From an uncultured virus (IMG/VR IMGVR_UViG_3300044490_000560) (lineage: Duplodnaviria; Heunggongvirae; Uroviricota; Caudoviricetes), in IMG/VR virus record IMGVR_UViG_3300044490_000560: a DNA stretch of 64,000 nt, one strand, 5' to 3'. Below, piece by piece: positions 8,526 to 17,996 of the stretch (positions are counted from its first letter, which is position 1; each line of letters begins with the position of its first letter). The position numbers and the translations under genes are program-made. The notes under the pieces were generated by a model that saw only the letters and a list, made by a program, of their open reading frames with translations, made no database searches and had not been told where the DNA came from.

Positions 8526-9107
8526 ATGAACCCGATCATGTCATTCTTTGCCAGCCGGGCGACCCGCCACGCTGGCCCCTACACCGTGACGCGCGTGACC
8601 AGTCACCGCGGGCACGAAGGCGAGCCGTGCCTGCAGGGCTGGCTCTGCCGTGACGGCAAACGGATCGTCGAATTCGGCGAGGACGAGCACGGCGGCGAGA
8701 TGCGCCTGTTCTGGGCCGATCGGGATCAGCCGCGCGTGGAAGCGACCGGGATCGACTACCTCGGTGAGCCGCTGAAGTACAAGTGCTCGCCCGAGGAAGC
8801 CGCCCTGCTGGCCCATTGCGCGTCCATTCCGGCGGTCGACAGCGAGCACTTCTCCGGCAAGAAGGAGCACGTGACGATCGACCTGTTCATTTGCGACCTG
8901 GCCAACGACGAGCGGGAGTACGCCGCGATGCGCCGGGCGTGCAGCAAGAAGACCTGTTTCCGCCTGAAGACGGACGGGGTCGGTCTCTATCGTACCGTGA
9001 CCGGCCCGCTGGGCGAGAAGGCGCACGCCTGGTTGCGGCAGAAGTACGGCGATCAGCTCGATGTCATCTTCAACGAGATGCTGGTTCAGCAGGCCGCCGC
9101 GGGGTGA
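8526..9107 (+). CDS. hypothetical protein
   Basis: AAGGA RBS directly after the tmRNA CCA; strong GC3 bias. Confidence 0.75.
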   Translation: MNPIMSFFASRATRHAGPYTVTRVTSHRGHEGEPCLQGWLCRDGKRIVEFGEDEHGGEMRLFWADRDQPRVEATGIDYLGEPLKYKCSPEEAALLAHCASIPAVDSEHFSGKKEHVTIDLFICDLANDEREYAAMRRACSKKTCFRLKTDGVGLYRTVTGPLGEKAHAWLRQKYGDQLDVIFNEMLVQQAAAG

Positions 9108-9111
9108 CCCC

Positions 9112-9363
9112 ATGAAAACCGCGCTTCAGGCCCGGCGCGATCCGCGCCAAACGATGATCGATTGGAACGTCGCGAATCCGCCCGGCACGCCGGTGACGCG
9201 ATTCCGCCTGATGCACCCGCCGCGAGATCGCGTCGGGAATACGGTGACACGCTCGGAGGCCTGGGTGCTGAACGGGCAGATCGCCGTGGTCAAGGTGGAA
9301 GGCGTCGCCGGCGGAGTCGCGGTGGATTCGCTGAAGGTTGGCCACGACCAGCCGGAAGGGTAA
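9112..9363 (+). CDS. hypothetical protein
   Basis: WNxxNPPGTPV...TRSEAW motif typical of small phage proteins. Confidence 0.65.
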   Translation: MKTALQARRDPRQTMIDWNVANPPGTPVTRFRLMHPPRDRVGNTVTRSEAWVLNGQIAVVKVEGVAGGVAVDSLKVGHDQPEG

Positions 9364-9366
9364 AAG

Positions 9367-10296
9367 ATGAGATGCGTCGGAGTAGCATACGGATTGGGTG
9401 TGGACAGCACGGCCCTGCTGGTGGGACTCCACCAGCGGGGCTTGCGTCCCGATTTCATTATGTTCGCCGATACGGGCTCCGAAAAGAGTTCGACCTACGC
9501 CTACATTCCGGTCATCCGGTGCTGGCTTGGGGACATCGGCTTTCCCGACATTACCGTGGCGCGGTACCGGCCCCGCCATGCGCCGTACAAGACCCTGGAG
9601 GGGAACATGCTGAAGAACGCCACGCTTCCCGGGGCGACTTTCGGCATGTCCAGCTGTACGCTCAAGTTCAAGATCGAGCCGCAGAACCGGGCCTGCCGGG
9701 ACCTGGCGTGCTGTCAGGCCGCCTGGGCGGCCGGCGGCAAAGTGACCAAGATGATCGGTTTCGAGAGCGGCGAGGAGTATCGGAAACTGCGGGCGTCGGA
9801 CAAGGCGCACACGGCCGTCGATCCGCGGTACGAGTACGAGTATCCGCTGATTGAGTGGGGTTGGACCCGGGAGCGGTGCAAGGCCGAGATTGAGTCAGCC
9901 GGCCTGCCGGTGCCGCCCAAGTCGGCCTGCGTGTTCTGTCCGAACGTCCAGCCGGACGAGCTCCTGGACATGACCGAGGACGAGCGCGGCCGGATCGCCC
10001 GGATCGAGCTGCAGGCCGAGCCGTATAACAAGAAGGTCCACGGGCTCTGGCGGCGAGGCCGCAAGAGCGACAATCGGCCGGGCTCGATCACGCGATACAT
10101 GATCCAGCGGGGGATCCCGTTCACGCACCCGAAGACACTGGGGCTGGTGCCGCTCAACCCGAAGTCGGGCAAGGCGGTCCGCGGACACACCTTCCAGGGA
10201 CCGCACGATGCTCCGTCCATCGCGGCGGATCTAAACACACTCCCTTGCACACCAATCGAGAACGCTCAACATCGGGCGCTGATCGAAGCGCTCTGA
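9367..10296 (+). CDS. PAPS-reductase-like / PP-loop adenine nucleotide alpha-hydrolase family protein
   Basis: YGLGVDS PP-loop, FADTGSE, SCTLKFKIEP, YPL, KSACVFCP Fe-S motif. Confidence 0.85.
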   Translation: MRCVGVAYGLGVDSTALLVGLHQRGLRPDFIMFADTGSEKSSTYAYIPVIRCWLGDIGFPDITVARYRPRHAPYKTLEGNMLKNATLPGATFGMSSCTLKFKIEPQNRACRDLACCQAAWAAGGKVTKMIGFESGEEYRKLRASDKAHTAVDPRYEYEYPLIEWGWTRERCKAEIESAGLPVPPKSACVFCPNVQPDELLDMTEDERGRIARIELQAEPYNKKVHGLWRRGRKSDNRPGSITRYMIQRGIPFTHPKTLGLVPLNPKSGKAVRGHTFQGPHDAPSIAADLNTLPCTPIENAQHRALIEAL

Positions 10297-10306
10297 GGAG
10301 ATTGAC

Positions 10307-10540
10307 ATGACCGTGAACCACCGAACGACGTTCGAAGTGCATGCGTCTTGGAATCGAGAGACCGGGAGCTTGTTCTCGAGCTTTTCGAACTTTGCGAGCG
10401 CAGCAGCTTGCGCTGAGGAGTGGCGGAGGAATCGACCGACGCAACTCGTATGTTCCAGACGTCCGGCGCCGCCGTACGTTGTCTGGATCACCCGGACTGA
10501 TGAGGTCACATGCCGGCATACGGAGGAAGTCCCATCATGA
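10307..10540 (+). CDS. hypothetical protein
   Basis: GAGGAG RBS. Confidence 0.5.
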   Translation: MTVNHRTTFEVHASWNRETGSLFSSFSNFASAAACAEEWRRNRPTQLVCSRRPAPPYVVWITRTDEVTCRHTEEVPS

Positions 10541-10749
10541 ACGAGTTCTTGAGTCCTGACGAACTAGCGACCGTGTTGGCGGCGCTTCGCCACTGGCAGC
10601 GGTCGGTGGAACGCGGTACCGGCGGGGTGCCGGCCAAGGAGCGGGAGATCGCAACCCGCATGTCGCCCATGCACTTCGCTACGGCTGAGCCGCTCTCCCT
10701 GGCGGAGATTGACCAGCTGTGTGAGCGGTTGAATCGGAGCGAGCCGTGA
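10537..10749 (+). CDS. small conserved MGE protein (ELATVLAALRxWQ...EIDxLCERLN)
   Basis: GGAGG RBS; recognisable motif. Confidence 0.65.
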   Translation: MNEFLSPDELATVLAALRHWQRSVERGTGGVPAKEREIATRMSPMHFATAEPLSLAEIDQLCERLNRSEP

Positions 10750-10851
10750 GGCCGTTCATCCCGGATCCGACCGACCTGGATGACGGGTGGGACGAGGGTC
10801 CCACCCGTCTGGATCGTTACCTGACCTGTATGGACGAGCGAGGAGAGAGCC

Positions 10852-11319
10852 ATGGAGAACAGCGGCGAGAAGAAAAAGCGGCGGCTGAACGTCGCGAACC
10901 TGCTGCTGCCGGACACCATTCCGGCCGCGGTTCGGTATGACGTCGCGCGCATGACGGGCAAGAAGTTCCGAAGACGACCCTTTGAACGGCGGAACCGCGC
11001 GTTTAAGGATCCAAAACTGTGGGCCGTGATCGAGCCCCTGCTGATGGCCCTGCGGGAAACGCGGGCGCAGGATCGGCTGTGGCGCGGCCGGCCGTATCGG
11101 GTCCTGCCCACGAAAAAGCCGTGGACCGGAGCGCAACTGCGGGCGCACTTCAACGAGCCGCTCTGGCGGCTGGGCTGGTGCGTTCTGGTGACGACCGTTG
11201 ACATTCGAGCCTGGCTGGCGGAGCGCGGCATCCACCAGCTCAGACGGGACGGAAGCCGCTGGTATTTGCGGGCACAAGTGCCTGTCGGGAGTCACATCCC
11301 GGCCAAGGAGACAACATGA
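10852..11319 (+). CDS. hypothetical basic protein
   Basis: GAGGAG RBS; coupled to next gene. Confidence 0.6.
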   Translation: MENSGEKKKRRLNVANLLLPDTIPAAVRYDVARMTGKKFRRRPFERRNRAFKDPKLWAVIEPLLMALRETRAQDRLWRGRPYRVLPTKKPWTGAQLRAHFNEPLWRLGWCVLVTTVDIRAWLAERGIHQLRRDGSRWYLRAQVPVGSHIPAKETT

Positions 11320-12140
11320 GCGCAAGAGCAATGCTGAATGTCGACTGGACCACAATCAACATGAAGGTACTGGCAAGTCTGCCGCCGGCAAAGATAGGGG
11401 GCGGGTGCCGCATCGACAGAGACATGGGGTGCGGCTGCGCCGGAGACCCGCCTGGATACCCGACGTACTTCCTGCGGAATGTTTGGAATTCACACGGGAA
11501 CACGCCGCATACTGGGTCGAGCATGGTGATTGTCGGGCCGGTCGGAGTCGGTGGGCGTGAGGTCGAAGGGCAGGAATCCACACTGGAAGAGCGGGACGCG
11601 CTGATGAAGCGGCTGTACGTGCCTCTTCCGGTCACGCACCCTCGGACACAGGCGTGGATCAGGGAGACGTTCGCGCACCATCGGCACTGCTATCAGGTGC
11701 CGGAGTTGCGTGCGGCCGGGAAGAACTGGAGCGACGCCATGCTGATCTGGCCGGGCGGGTGCTGCGGCAATACGCCGTTTGGGCGGTTGTTGAACAGCGA
11801 ACATGAAATCGAGCACGCCAAGGCTAACCTGTGCTACGACAAGTGGACAGAGGAAGCCAAGCGTGACTTCTGCCAGAACATCGTCAGCAACAACTCACGT
11901 GTGATCGAGATGTGCCAGAAGGTCGCCGTGCCGGAGAACCACGACGCGACGATCCTCGTTCGCAAGGTCTACCCCGACTTCCAACCGACGGCCGAGTTGA
12001 TTGAAGCGAAATTCGACCGTCCCGGCAACTGGTGGGAAGTGCTGGCCGAGAATCCCGGACCGGACAACTGCCCCGGGCAGTACGGCCACTCCCATCCGGT
12101 GAACGGAAACTGGTGCCAGTTCTGCGGATGGAAAGCGTAG
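11316..12140 (+). CDS. hypothetical Cys/His-containing protein
   Basis: AAGGAG RBS; C-terminal C..H.H..CxxC. Confidence 0.7.
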   Translation: MSARAMLNVDWTTINMKVLASLPPAKIGGGCRIDRDMGCGCAGDPPGYPTYFLRNVWNSHGNTPHTGSSMVIVGPVGVGGREVEGQESTLEERDALMKRLYVPLPVTHPRTQAWIRETFAHHRHCYQVPELRAAGKNWSDAMLIWPGGCCGNTPFGRLLNSEHEIEHAKANLCYDKWTEEAKRDFCQNIVSNNSRVIEMCQKVAVPENHDATILVRKVYPDFQPTAELIEAKFDRPGNWWEVLAENPGPDNCPGQYGHSHPVNGNWCQFCGWKA

Positions 12141-12150
12141 GCGCAAACGA

Positions 12151-12190
12151 AAACAGCCGGCGGCCCTCACGGGCTGGCCGGCTGTTTGTT
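12151..12190. terminator. bidirectional intrinsic terminator
   Basis: AAACAGCCGGCGGCCC-TCAC-GGGCTGGCCGGCTGTTT between convergent genes; the primase stop codon lies in the loop. Confidence 0.8.
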
Positions 12191-14704
12191 CGGTCCCGTC
12201 GGCAGCAGAACGAATGACGACGCGCGCAGTTCAACGCCCGTCCACTGCATGCCGTCCCGCGTCTTGACGACCATCAGTCCCTTCTCGAGCAGCTTCGGCA
12301 GAAGAACTTTTGACGAGACCGGGAAGAGGCCGTTGTTGCGGCTCCACTCGTTGTACGCTTTGTACAAGACGGACGACATGCAGGTGAGTTGCGTGGCGGT
12401 GCGCGGCGGACCGTCCTTGGGTCCACCTTCGTCGTTCTGCACGGTGTTGCAGGACTCGTTCAGGAATGACGAGATGTGATCGTTCGCCTCTTTGAACTCT
12501 TCGTGGGCCCGCTTGACGCTCTCCGGTTCGGGGGCCAGGCCGCCGCGGGTGTAATACGCGTGGGCCTCCGAGAGGAGCCATGACAGAAGGCCGGACCCCT
12601 CTTTCGCGGCCACGTCCTGACGCCAGTTGGGATTGATCATGGATCTGGGGACGGTCCGCTTGAACGGCAGGAGTTTCAGCCGCCGCAGGATGCCTAGGTC
12701 GCTGCCGTGGATCCGCGGCTTGTAGTTCGTGTCCAGGATCAGTTTGGTGGAGAAGTGGAACTCGAAGGCATGCTCGTACTTGCGCATTGCGCGCACGACG
12801 TCGCCGCCCGTCAGGGCCTTGACGCGGCCTTCGCTGAGGAACTCCTGCGGCGCGCTCTCACTGTAGAACCCCCAGCGCCGACCGGCCAGATCCGCGACCG
12901 CGTCGCTGTTGACACTGTTGGAGTTGGTTTGGATCAGGACTTCCTTGGCGAGCAGCGCGCCGTAGTCGCCGGTGACATCCCTGACCGCCATCAGGCTGGA
13001 TGTCTTGCCGTTGAGGCCGTTGCCGTAGAGGATCAGGATGGCCTGTTCCTGGTTGGATCCGGTGAGGCAGTAGCCCAGCCAGGATGCGAAATACGCCTTG
13101 GCCACTTCCGCATCGGGTTCTTCACCGAAAACGAAGTCGAGATGGGCGTCGAACATTGGACTGCGGGCGCCGGGGACGTAGGTGTACGGGGCGCACTTCG
13201 TGATATAGCTGTCGCGGGCCGGTTCCCGCAGCTGGCCGGTGCGAATGTCGAAGTAGCCGTTCTGCACGCACACCAGCCACGGATCCGTGTCCAGTTGGGA
13301 CGCGCTGATCCCGAGACCCAGATGGCCGCTGGCACCACTGCTGCTGGCCCGAATCAGGCGCTCCGCCTTGCCAGCCGCGTCGCCGCTCTCCAGCTTGAAG
13401 TACCATTCGACCGCGGCCTTGGCGAAGGCCTTGTTCGGACAGCGGGTCGCTTCCCGCTGCGCCCACCGGAGAACATGCACCATGTCCCGGGCAACGGTTT
13501 CCGTGGTGACGGTCTCCCAGTAGAGCCCGTTCCAATAGAGCCACTTTCGATGCTCCTGCACGTAGCGGTAGAAGGAGTCCCACTCTTCGACCAGCAGATC
13601 GGCCAATCCTTGGGCGGACAGGCGGAACTTCTGGAGCCGGCACTTGCGCCGCGGGTTGCGCCGGCCATCGGCGACCGCCTCCAAAGTGGCTCGGGTCCAG
13701 ACCCGCAGGTCGATCGCCGGCGCGTCCATGTGCTCGGACGCTTCGAGGACCCGCAGCTTCAGTTGTTCGAAGGCCTCGTCCGGCGCATCGCCGCCAGCCA
13801 GTCGGGACGCGGCCGTGAAGACGATGCGGTTGACGCCATGGCGGCGGGAGCCCCCGGGGAGCTCTTTGACCTGCCGGACGGTGTCGGCCAGAAGGATCTC
13901 GATCTCTTCGGCCTGGAGGGGGCCAGCCTCTTCCGGTTCGCCGAGAGAACCGTCGGCGTGGCCCACGATGGTCTTCGTTCGGGCCGTCTGCTCGTCAGGC
14001 TTCCAGACCGGCGGCAGGCCGGTCCCTTTTGTCAAGGCGTGGTTGGGCGCCAAGGCGGCGACCTGCAGGCAGGCCTCGAACAGGACCTTGCAGTCGATGA
14101 TCGCCGGGGCTTGGTCTTTGTCCCAGACGTACCGGGTGCCGGTCTTGAAGTGGATGCTGGGTGGCACCAGCACCTGATGCCCGACCCGACCGGCCTTCGT
14201 CACCCCGAAGATCTCGATGACGGCCCCGACTGTGCCGTCGGTCCGAGCGCCGGACCAAGAGAAGGAATTGCAGGGGCCGCGGGTCAGGTAGAACCAGTGG
14301 TTCTGGCGGGCATTCTCCCGACCGCCGATCAGGCCGGTGGCCGGGAGGATCTTCGCGGCGGCGGTCAACAGGCCGGGGTCGTCAATGTCCACGACGACCA
14401 AATACAGGGGGTTGACGTCCTTATGGCAGTAGGACTGATCGCCATTACCGCCGGCGGCTTTCCCGTTCGTGAGCAGCGCCCCCGTCTTGAGGCCAACCTG
14501 AACGTGACCGCATCCCTCGGGAGGCACCAGGAACTCGGTCTCATGCCAGCCTCGCAGTCGGGGCCCCTTGCCGCCGCCTGAGACCATCTCAGCGGCCGTG
14601 ACGTTCCAGTGGACGATCGAGAAGCCCTGTTCGATGTACCGCTTGCAGAGGTCGCGTACGATGCCTTCCGTCAGCTGCGGCTGGGGGCGCGTCGGAGTTC
14701 CCAT
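12167..14704 (-). CDS. primase-helicase: Prim-Pol N-terminal domain + D5_N + SF3 helicase (P4/D5 family)
   Basis: N-terminal KGP, GLKTG, VVDID, H and PPSIH motifs; Walker A GNGLNGKT; SE, KALTGGD, TNYKP, RRL; AGAAAGGA RBS before ATG 14704. Confidence 0.92.
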   Translation of the reverse strand: MGTPTRPQPQLTEGIVRDLCKRYIEQGFSIVHWNVTAAEMVSGGGKGPRLRGWHETEFLVPPEGCGHVQVGLKTGALLTNGKAAGGNGDQSYCHKDVNPLYLVVVDIDDPGLLTAAAKILPATGLIGGRENARQNHWFYLTRGPCNSFSWSGARTDGTVGAVIEIFGVTKAGRVGHQVLVPPSIHFKTGTRYVWDKDQAPAIIDCKVLFEACLQVAALAPNHALTKGTGLPPVWKPDEQTARTKTIVGHADGSLGEPEEAGPLQAEEIEILLADTVRQVKELPGGSRRHGVNRIVFTAASRLAGGDAPDEAFEQLKLRVLEASEHMDAPAIDLRVWTRATLEAVADGRRNPRRKCRLQKFRLSAQGLADLLVEEWDSFYRYVQEHRKWLYWNGLYWETVTTETVARDMVHVLRWAQREATRCPNKAFAKAAVEWYFKLESGDAAGKAERLIRASSSGASGHLGLGISASQLDTDPWLVCVQNGYFDIRTGQLREPARDSYITKCAPYTYVPGARSPMFDAHLDFVFGEEPDAEVAKAYFASWLGYCLTGSNQEQAILILYGNGLNGKTSSLMAVRDVTGDYGALLAKEVLIQTNSNSVNSDAVADLAGRRWGFYSESAPQEFLSEGRVKALTGGDVVRAMRKYEHAFEFHFSTKLILDTNYKPRIHGSDLGILRRLKLLPFKRTVPRSMINPNWRQDVAAKEGSGLLSWLLSEAHAYYTRGGLAPEPESVKRAHEEFKEANDHISSFLNESCNTVQNDEGGPKDGPPRTATQLTCMSSVLYKAYNEWSRNNGLFPVSSKVLLPKLLEKGLMVVKTRDGMQWTGVELRASSFVLLPTGPNKQPASP

Positions 14705-14746
14705 GGACATGTCCTTTCTTACTGGCTTTTTTGGCACAACACGTGT

Positions 14747-14776
14747 AGCATACACGAGGCTGTGCAGGCTGTGCAA
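14747..14776 (-). promoter_or_regulatory. sigma70-type promoter for primase-helicase
   Basis: TTGCAC-18-TATGCT on - strand; -10 embedded in CGTGTA-N3-TACACG palindrome; tandem GGCTGTGCA repeats. Confidence 0.6.
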
Positions 14777-14852
14777 GTGGAAAGACAACATTTTTTCACC
14801 GGCGTCACAAGACCCGAAACACACCCACTTGACCACAAGAAAGGACCCACCC

Positions 14853-15272
14853 ATGTTTCACGTCATCAAAGAGTACAATCCGCCGCTCCTACGTTGGATG
14901 GCGAATGTCACACAGCTTCAACCGACGATCGTCGTTCGTTCGTTTTGGGTGAACAGCCGGGGCCGAATAACGTCCGGCGATACGAGTGACGGATTTCTGT
15001 GCCAGTGGACGCTGTCCGGGGACTTCTTCACGACGCGTATCGACGTGGTGAGCGCCACGACGATCGAAGCGGCCCTTACGCCAGAGCTGGCCCTGCAGCG
15101 CTTGCACCGCTCGTTGCTGTTGGAACGAGAGGGACTGGACGCGGAAATTGCGTACGCTACCGCGCGCCGTTCCGTTCTGATACAGCAGGAGCTTGACGTT
15201 TTGAAGCGCCTGATGAGCCATAAGCCCACCGAAGGAAGCGAGAATGAACGTAAAACGGAGAAAGCCAGATGA
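14853..15272 (+). CDS. hypothetical protein
   Basis: AAAGGA RBS. Confidence 0.6.
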   Translation: MFHVIKEYNPPLLRWMANVTQLQPTIVVRSFWVNSRGRITSGDTSDGFLCQWTLSGDFFTTRIDVVSATTIEAALTPELALQRLHRSLLLEREGLDAEIAYATARRSVLIQQELDVLKRLMSHKPTEGSENERKTEKAR

Positions 15273-15520
15273 AACCGGACGATCGGACGGGCGAAGTGCC
15301 CGTGGGTGACGAACAGGAACTGACTACTCGTGTCGTCAGCGCTTTCGTTCTGAGTGACGATCTGACGTGGTGCCAACCAAGTGTGCGCGTCCCGGTCACG
15401 TGGACGGATGAACAGATCGAAGAGCGGCTGTTGCGACGGTTCGGTGGTTTCGTCGTGTTCGGCCTTCAAGACGACGCCGACGCACCGGAAAACGCAATTC
15501 ACAACTGGACAGAGGAGTAA
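15269..15520 (+). CDS. hypothetical protein
   Basis: GGAG RBS; ATGA coupling. Confidence 0.55.
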   Translation: MKPDDRTGEVPVGDEQELTTRVVSAFVLSDDLTWCQPSVRVPVTWTDEQIEERLLRRFGGFVVFGLQDDADAPENAIHNWTEE

Positions 15521-15522
15521 CC

Positions 15523-16839
15523 ATGACGAAAGACCTGAACCTGGCGAAGACCTATGTTTCCAACTGGGGCCTGTGGGAAGTTCTCCGCGAGCTGCTGGCC
15601 AACGCCGAAGACGCCGGCCCGTACGACTCGCTGGTGGGCTCGGACGCGCTCGTGCTGACCAGTCCGTCGTTTCCGGCCCTGGAGCACATGCTGATCATGG
15701 GCCACGGCACGAAGCACACTGGCGGCGGCACGATCGGCCAGTTCGGCGAAGGCCTCAAGTTGGCCGCGCTCGTGGCGACACGGAACGAGTGGGGTCTGAA
15801 GTTCACGACGCCCACGCATCACGTGAGGTTCGAGTGGCGGACCGCCGAGGGTTTCGACGTCGAGACGCTGCACGCCGTGATTCAGTCGCGGGGGTCAGAG
15901 GTGACCGACCCCTGTTTCACGGTCAGTATGCAGGCCGACGGGCTGGGCGAGCTGATTGCGGCCAACGTGCTGCCGCGCGGCACGCCGGCCGGCCCGCTGC
16001 TGAACACCCAGCGGACTCACGAAGGTCAGACGTTGCTGCACCCGGTTGTAATCTATCATCGCGGCCTGCGGGTTTGCGAGCTGCCAGACAAGGGGATCTA
16101 CGACTGGAACCTCAAGGACCTGGAGCTGAACCGGGATCGCAGCGTCCCCGAGCGAGGCGGCCTCTTGACCGCCGTGGCGATGGAGATGCTGGAGCAGATG
16201 AAAGCGTCGGACATGCTGTGCGACCAGATGCTCTCCCATCCCGCCGCGTTCGAGACGGTCGCCGCGGGGTCCATCTGGTACGAGCGCGCCTTGCGCACCC
16301 GGATGACCGCCGCCTTCCGACGGGCCTTCGGTGACCGGGCGGTCCTGTCAGCTCAGGACACCACGCGGGACGGTATCGCTACCCGGCTGGGTTTCCGGGT
16401 GGTTTCGTTCGATGGCAACCTGCGGTACATGCTGGCCGGCACGGGGTTTGTCCAGACGGCGGAGCAGGTGCAGACCGCGTTTGACGGGCTGACCGAGACG
16501 CAGTCGGCGATCCCGGCGGCGGTACAGGCCGAGTTCGAGTGGCTGGTCGATTTCCTGGGGGTCCAGGGTCGGCTGGTACTGATGCGGGACGGACAGGACG
16601 CGCCGTTGGGTCTGGCGCGTTGGAGGGACACCGCGGTCGAGTTGTGGCTCAACGAGAGGTTGCTGCTTCCGGGCTGCCGAACGCAGCGGTGGGGGACCCT
16701 CTGCCACGAATTAGGCCACATTCAGGGGGCCCATCCGGACGGCAGCCTGGGGTTCGAGGACTCGCTGTCTTCGATCGCCGGCAAACTGGCCGTCGCCCTG
16801 TATGACCGCGGGACGCGCAGGCGTCGTGCGACCACATGA
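15523..16839 (+). CDS. GHKL-type ATPase fused to C-terminal HExxH metallopeptidase-like domain
   Basis: RELLANAED (ExxxNxxD box), IGQFGEGLK (G2 box), TLCHELGH. Confidence 0.8.
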   Translation: MTKDLNLAKTYVSNWGLWEVLRELLANAEDAGPYDSLVGSDALVLTSPSFPALEHMLIMGHGTKHTGGGTIGQFGEGLKLAALVATRNEWGLKFTTPTHHVRFEWRTAEGFDVETLHAVIQSRGSEVTDPCFTVSMQADGLGELIAANVLPRGTPAGPLLNTQRTHEGQTLLHPVVIYHRGLRVCELPDKGIYDWNLKDLELNRDRSVPERGGLLTAVAMEMLEQMKASDMLCDQMLSHPAAFETVAAGSIWYERALRTRMTAAFRRAFGDRAVLSAQDTTRDGIATRLGFRVVSFDGNLRYMLAGTGFVQTAEQVQTAFDGLTETQSAIPAAVQAEFEWLVDFLGVQGRLVLMRDGQDAPLGLARWRDTAVELWLNERLLLPGCRTQRWGTLCHELGHIQGAHPDGSLGFEDSLSSIAGKLAVALYDRGTRRRRATT

Positions 16840-16842
16840 CCC

Positions 16843-16875
16843 TAGCCCGCCGGTTCGCCGGCGGGCTACCCTTTC
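16843..16875 (+). terminator. hairpin, probable terminator
   Basis: TAGCCCGCCGG-TTCG-CCGGCGGGCTA then CCCTTT. Confidence 0.6.
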
Positions 16876-16937
16876 GACCATCGGGACAGAAACACACCCT
16901 GTGGCGAAGAAGCGTCGTAACCAACCAGGAGATTCCC

Positions 16938-17591
16938 ATGAGTGACGTCGTTGAACGAATCGAATACCGTGACCACACCATCCTGATCTGCACGGATGAA
17001 ATGTGCGACGATCCGACCGACAATGACGGTTGGATCAGCACGTTTTATCACTGGCACAAACGGTACACCTTTGCCAAATGCGCAAAGTGCGTCCGCACGG
17101 GCCACGTGAATTCGGCGGCCGCGGAACCCATGATCATCGAACTGCAGAAGGATTTGGACGCTGGTCGGGCAGTCGCCATTCCCGTCGCCATGCTGGACCA
17201 CTCGGGTGTGTCTCTGTGGGAGGGCACTAAGCCCCATTGGTCGGATGCGCAGGGGTGGGACAGCGGCCCAGTTGGGTTCCTCTGGACGGACCGGGCGCGG
17301 ATCAAGCAGCACCTGGGCATCTCGCGACTGACCACCACGACCCGGGAGCGGGTTCTCGAAGCGCTGCGGCAAGAGCTGAAGGTGTTGGCTGCTTGGGTAG
17401 CTGGCGAATGCTACGGCTACACGATCGAAACGAAAGACGGCCAGGAGCTGGAAGACGCCGCGTGCTGGGGTTACGTCGGCGACACGGAGTACCTGATCGC
17501 GGACGCCAAGGCGGCAATCGACGCGCAGATCAAGCGCGACGAAGAAGCCGCTGCGGTGGCCCGCAAGAACGAAGAAGAGCAACGCTCGTAG
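16938..17591 (+). CDS. conserved phage early protein (DHSG, WDSGxVG, GECYGY, CWGY motifs)
   Basis: AGGAG RBS; recognisable motif set. Confidence 0.75.
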   Translation: MSDVVERIEYRDHTILICTDEMCDDPTDNDGWISTFYHWHKRYTFAKCAKCVRTGHVNSAAAEPMIIELQKDLDAGRAVAIPVAMLDHSGVSLWEGTKPHWSDAQGWDSGPVGFLWTDRARIKQHLGISRLTTTTRERVLEALRQELKVLAAWVAGECYGYTIETKDGQELEDAACWGYVGDTEYLIADAKAAIDAQIKRDEEAAAVARKNEEEQRS

Positions 17592-17600
17592 GAGAAACCC

Positions 17601-17996
17601 ATGTATCTAACAAACCAGACGGTACTTCGCGATTACCTGGCGCACGTGCAGTCGCTGATTCGTCGCATGACGATGCTGCGCGGCGAACTCGCTGTTCGCG
17701 GGGCGCAGCAGCCAGCCTTTGACCCACACATGAAGGACCTGTGGGAGACGCTGCGGCGGGACTTGGCCAAGGTGCTGGACGTGCATCTCGTGCCGTTTGA
17801 AAGCATCGCCGAGGCCAAGCATCCGACCGGCGATCGAGACCCCGGGCGGTCCGGCCGCGACCCCACACGCATTCTACTCGGCGTGCTGAAGCGGAAAGCC
17901 GACAAGGCGCGCCTGAAGGATCCGACGATCACGCTCCTGAAAAGCTGGGTGATCGCGGACCACGAAGCGGAGGATTCCGATGATCGAGATGGCTGA
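17601..17996 (+). CDS. hypothetical protein
   Basis: AGGAG RBS. Confidence 0.6.
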   Translation: MYLTNQTVLRDYLAHVQSLIRRMTMLRGELAVRGAQQPAFDPHMKDLWETLRRDLAKVLDVHLVPFESIAEAKHPTGDRDPGRSGRDPTRILLGVLKRKADKARLKDPTITLLKSWVIADHEAEDSDDRDG

